Assembly (NCBI GenBank): GCA_963676915.2
Contig: CAXXVK010000067.1
Coordinates: 64,001 to 128,000 of the forward strand
Direction of reading: 5' to 3'
DNA: 64,000 bases
DNA from: Myxococcota bacterium
GTDB lineage: Bacteria > Myxococcota_A > SURF-8 > G963663525
This document shows positions 58,637-64,000 of the stretch, piece by piece; the first letter of the stretch is position 1; each line of letters starts with the position of its first letter. The notes beneath the pieces are model-generated. The model had not been told where the DNA came from. It made no database searches and was given only the letters and a program-made list of their open reading frames with translations. Both the position numbers and the translations under genes were made by a program.

Positions 58637-59854
58637 TTATTCCATCAGTTCAAGAAGTTCGTTCAAGCGTTCATTGGCTTTTTCGGCCATTGGAGAATCT
58701 TCTCCCACCAGTTCGATCAACTGCTTGTATTGCTTGATTGCCAAGTCTGGATCGATATTGGAGTTGTAGTTGGCCTGACTGAAAAGGCGCGTCGAATACC
58801 GTCCGAACTTGGACAGCTCTTCTTGGGCATCCTTGTTTTTGGCGTCGATTTCAAGTGCTTTGTTGAATTGATCCCGAGCTTCCAGGTATTTTTGCTGGCG
58901 CACAAGGTCTTTTCCGACGAGCACATGGGCTTTGGCGAATAGAGTCGGGAGTTCCTTTTTGTAATGGCTCTCGTCTTTGATTCCCAACTTGGCGCCTTCG
59001 CGAACGAGGTCTTCTTCGAGGATTTTAAGGTCTTGCAAGCTGTTGATCAGGCCTTTGCCGTCCTCATGCTTGACTTTGTCCTGAACGACCGTGTAGGCCG
59101 AGGAAAAGCGGTTGAGTTGAAGTTCGAGATCGCCGGCCTTCATGTCTGCGCGGCAATCGCAACGCTTGGCTCGGGCGTCACGGATTTTGGACAGGCTGGC
59201 ACTCAGGTCACCGGCTACCCACAGCGAAAACGCTGCTTTGACCTTGGCAATGACTTCATCCGACGAAGCAAGATCTCTTCGAGGGCGGCGAGGAGGAAGG
59301 TCTTCCTCGACCTCTTCCTTTTCTTCATAGACTTCTTCTTTGACGACAACCAGCTTTTCGGGTTTTTCCAACAATTTGGTCGCCCATTCCGTCAACATTT
59401 GCTTGGGTGGTTTCGATGCGGGTTCGAAACGGAAGCGTTTTTGCCGTTTTTTCTCGCCAGCATCGATATTGAAAACGACGAACTTGGCTTCCCATTTGTT
59501 ACCACGTTCGCGAACTTTTCCAGTGATGAACAGGGTATAGCCTTTTTTCAAAAGCCGACGACCGATCAGGCAATCGATATCGGTTCCACAGGCCAGAACT
59601 CTTCGAAGCTGTTTCGTTTTAAACTTCTTTTTGAAGTCGGTGGAATCGTCGACGATGAAGTATTCGTTTTTCTTTATGCTTTTCGAGAATTGCCGGTACA
59701 CCGCATCGGCCTTGTCGTCCCATTGGTCTACGATGTCTTCATCGACGACAAAGGGGAGGAGCAGAACCTTCGGAGGTTTGGCTTGGGCGGTGGATGCGAC
59801 GAAAAGAAAGATGATGACTGCCAGGATAGTTTTCACCGGGTACCGCGTAACCAT
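58637..59854 (-). CDS. Secreted protein with TolB-N/PEGA-associated-like N-domain and C-terminal TPRs
   Basis: GGAGG SD, signal peptide ending AQA, KVLLLPF, CGTDIDC and YLEARDQFNKALEIDAKN TPR. Confidence 0.65.
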   Translation of the reverse strand: MVTRYPVKTILAVIIFLFVASTAQAKPPKVLLLPFVVDEDIVDQWDDKADAVYRQFSKSIKKNEYFIVDDSTDFKKKFKTKQLRRVLACGTDIDCLIGRRLLKKGYTLFITGKVRERGNKWEAKFVVFNIDAGEKKRQKRFRFEPASKPPKQMLTEWATKLLEKPEKLVVVKEEVYEEKEEVEEDLPPRRPRRDLASSDEVIAKVKAAFSLWVAGDLSASLSKIRDARAKRCDCRADMKAGDLELQLNRFSSAYTVVQDKVKHEDGKGLINSLQDLKILEEDLVREGAKLGIKDESHYKKELPTLFAKAHVLVGKDLVRQQKYLEARDQFNKALEIDAKNKDAQEELSKFGRYSTRLFSQANYNSNIDPDLAIKQYKQLIELVGEDSPMAEKANERLNELLELME

Positions 59855-60028
59855 AATTGTTTTACCTCCCATTGGGTCTGTAACAGGGAATATTTGTTGA
59901 AATGATAAAGGTGTCTGCTTCGAACACCAATGCAATTCAAGCGCCTAATTTTACAATTATCCCTTGCCAAGGCAAAAGAAATCAATCTTTTTATCTTTTT
60001 CCCCCGAATTGCCTAATAATTTTCCCCG

Positions 60029-61726
60029 TCAGTACGCTGCGATCAAATAAACGAGAATGCCTTTAAGCTGGCTTTTTGGGTCGCTCGCTCGTTGGACGCC
60101 TATAGCAACGGCCTTGGCTTCCGACTCGACGATTTCTTTCGCCGCTGTCGTCGTTTCCAATTGGCTGGCCTGATAAAGTGTTAGGACATGGAACGTCAAA
60201 CGCCGCCCATCGTAGCCGTTATCTTCGATGGCTGCAAGTACTTCCCCCTGGAATTCCTTGATCATCGTAGGATTTTGCTGAATGTTTTCTGCAGCTTCCT
60301 GCGCAATGGACGTAAGCTCGGTACAATTTTTCAATGGAGAGCGGCCTGTGTGGTCTCTCATCGTATTGAGCGTTGTTAGCAGATCCTTGCGGATGCTGTT
60401 TTGATCCCTTTTGTCGAGGAAAACCGAGAATCCGCAGGAAAGGGCGTAATAATTCTGGTTATTGGTGCCGTTTTTCACCGTGACGGAGCAGCCCATGTGC
60501 GTCAAGTGTTCATTGGTAACGGTTTTGAGGGTTGTCGGGCTGCTTTCTACGCGATGTAGTAGAGCTAACATGGAGTAGTCTCCATCGATAAATCGCATGG
60601 AGGAGAGAGGTTCCAGACCGTTTTGGCGGATTTTTTGCGAAAATTTCAAGCCTTTGCGGTCGGTAAGTGCCGAATAATGGTGCTCCAGCATGTCGGCGGC
60701 GTGTTCTTGGGCGATCTTTTCCAGCACCGGATGTACTGCTACAGGGGCTTTTCGTCGCTCTCCACGGATTTCGTGAATGCTTTCATATAATAGCTTTGTA
60801 CAGCTTGCTGTATCCGTGCAAGGCTCGGTGATCTCTTTGATATCGTATTTCAACGGTGGTTTCGTACGGCTGTACAGCGGGAATTCGGCCACGACCTTTG
60901 TTGCTCCGTTTTTGATTTCAGCAATCTCAAAGCGGTAAACAGCCCGTGCAGAGGGCATTTGGAACTCGGTTTTAAACGCTTTGTTGCGAATAGGAACTTC
61001 GGTTTCTAAAAGCGTTTCACCCAGAAATGTCAGAAAGACCTTTAGTTTGTCTGAATTCGTGGTGGTTGTGCCTTCGAGATAAAACCGGCTTTTCGGATCG
61101 ATCTGCTTGGCAAGTGGTTTCAATTCCAATGTTTGTCGCGTCGCAAGAAGCGTTACGTAACTTAACTTGTTCTGGTTCGGGCTTTTTGTCTCGACGTGAT
61201 ACACGCCCAAACCGAATTTCGTAAGCGCTCCACGCTGGCCAACAACATCTGCCCATTGGGCCAATTGCTGCTTCAGGTCAGCGAAATCCGAATGGTCGAT
61301 TTCATAGGAATAGTGAAGAAACTCCACGTTTGGATCGTAGCCGCCACTCCATTGAAGGGCGAAAGAGACGAAATCCGGTGGTGGTGGTGTTTGATTGAGC
61401 GCCGTGAAGCGGCTGAGTTCCCTTGCCGTTTGAACCAATACACCATCGGATGAAGGTAGGGAGGTGCCTGGAACGATTTTCAACGCTTGTCGCATGAATT
61501 CCGCAAGATAAAGTTCCTCTCCCGTCATTTCGACCGCCTCGACGGTGCTTCCAACGTAGGGTGAAGCGGGAAATGCCATATCCCAGTGCTTTGGTGGTGT
61601 TGGAGGAGGGGCCGGTTTTTCTTCTGTGGGTGTAAGGGGAGCAGGTGTTGGAAGTACTTGAGGCTTGGCGCAACCTGCCAGCACAAGAAAAATCGCGACG
61701 AAATAGAGAAGCTTCAAACGTGACAT
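60029..61726 (-). CDS. CAP (SCP-like) domain lipoprotein
   Basis: Lipobox LAGC and Pro-rich linker. IHEIR...LEKIAQEHAADM and LNTMR...LTSIAQEAA...AIGV form two CAP-like repeats. Confidence 0.7.
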   Translation of the reverse strand: MSRLKLLYFVAIFLVLAGCAKPQVLPTPAPLTPTEEKPAPPPTPPKHWDMAFPASPYVGSTVEAVEMTGEELYLAEFMRQALKIVPGTSLPSSDGVLVQTARELSRFTALNQTPPPPDFVSFALQWSGGYDPNVEFLHYSYEIDHSDFADLKQQLAQWADVVGQRGALTKFGLGVYHVETKSPNQNKLSYVTLLATRQTLELKPLAKQIDPKSRFYLEGTTTTNSDKLKVFLTFLGETLLETEVPIRNKAFKTEFQMPSARAVYRFEIAEIKNGATKVVAEFPLYSRTKPPLKYDIKEITEPCTDTASCTKLLYESIHEIRGERRKAPVAVHPVLEKIAQEHAADMLEHHYSALTDRKGLKFSQKIRQNGLEPLSSMRFIDGDYSMLALLHRVESSPTTLKTVTNEHLTHMGCSVTVKNGTNNQNYYALSCGFSVFLDKRDQNSIRKDLLTTLNTMRDHTGRSPLKNCTELTSIAQEAAENIQQNPTMIKEFQGEVLAAIEDNGYDGRRLTFHVLTLYQASQLETTTAAKEIVESEAKAVAIGVQRASDPKSQLKGILVYLIAAY

Positions 61727-62028
61727 GGCGGTCTTTCCCTCGGTAGTGATTGGCACGAAAAGTTCAACTCTAGACCTTTTGGTGCCATCTGGCCCAATAC
61801 AATAACGTTGTCTTCTTGGTTAAAAACTATAGCAAGCTTCGTGTTTCAAGGCAATGTGCCGGGGGACGACAAGGGACAAGAGAGCAACAAAGCGTCGGTT
61901 TTGCCTTGATTTGACGAGGGCTGCTTCCTTTGGAGGTTAAAAAAAAGAAGTATCCTTTATGTTTGATGATTGAGAAGTTGTTGAAATTACAAGCTGATTT
62001 TGTTTTTTTAAAATTTATTAAATTTTCA

Positions 62029-62440
62029 TTGACTTCGAAGCGTCGTTTTAATAGAAACCCCCTCGCCGCTTACGAGTGGCAGCTTTGAAAACCTGAGATC
62101 GAAACTTTCCCCAACGCCGGGTTGCAGTGCGAACTTTAAATACTTATTCTCGCGCTCAGCCGCTAACGGGAAAGTGGTCTTGGGTTACCAAGGCACGGGT
62201 GATCGACTTTACGGTCAGTCACCACCGGACGGAATACGGTTCCTCCGGGAAGTGAAAAAAAAGAAAAAAAGAAGTTGACATTCTGGGCAAAAACTGGTTT
62301 ATTCCGTCGCCCACGCCGAGGAAACAGTGACTGTCGAGTCACCAAGCCCACGGCGGAAGAAAGTGAAAAAAAGATGTTGACTTCACTGGCAAGATCGAAT
62401 ATAAAATGCGACTTGCCGATTTGATCCGGTCTTTGAAAAC
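62029..62440 (+). promoter_or_regulatory. rRNA operon leader: three tandem sigma70 promoters and boxA
   Basis: TTGACT(62029)-17-TAGAAA, TTGACA(62275)-17-TTTATT and TTGACT(62377)-17-TATAAA, each after an A/T tract. boxA-like ggtctttgaaaac at 62428-62440. Confidence 0.65.
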
Positions 62441-62537
62441 TAAACAGCAGAAAACTTGATGATTGGGTGCCCCAATCATTGAAATTGAGTTAAAGCTTTA
62501 GGCTACTATGTCTAGGCAAACTTATCCGATTTAAATT

Positions 62538-64000
<1,463 letters not shown>

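Noticed and set aside
61751-61766. Sigma54 promoter at TGGCACG
   Set aside because: No GC at -12 with correct spacing and no suitably placed downstream gene.

Overview
A 64-kb chromosomal segment of a diderm bacterium with deltaproteobacterial (Myxococcota/Desulfobacterota-like) character. The evidence is many acidic Cys-rich lipoproteins, a PEGA-domain Ser/Thr kinase, a sigma-4-only protein and a partial 16S rRNA gene at the right end. Most of it is core genome: rodA, hpt, cstA, pssA, a MoxR-DUF58-BatA operon, grpE-dnaK, recG, greA, parAB, apt and a WecA/GT4/heparinase cluster. I found no transposase, integrase, CRISPR array or tRNA. The most unusual items are: (1) a translationally coupled operon in which a cation-diffusion-facilitator (CDF) membrane domain is fused to an HflK-type SPFH domain and followed by HflC and a second HflK; (2) a 1029-aa protein with a degenerate B12-type radical SAM module plus two intact radical SAM domains; (3) a nitrilase fused to an RppH-type Nudix hydrolase, analogous to NitFhit; (4) a YD-like repeat lipoprotein gene bracketed by a 59-bp near-perfect duplication of the dnaK terminator region; (5) a hyperacidic Cys-repeat lipoprotein behind a complete sigma54/IHF/enhancer promoter; (6) a candidate structured RNA upstream of a nitroreductase. 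All calls come from motif recognition by eye. No database searches were run.
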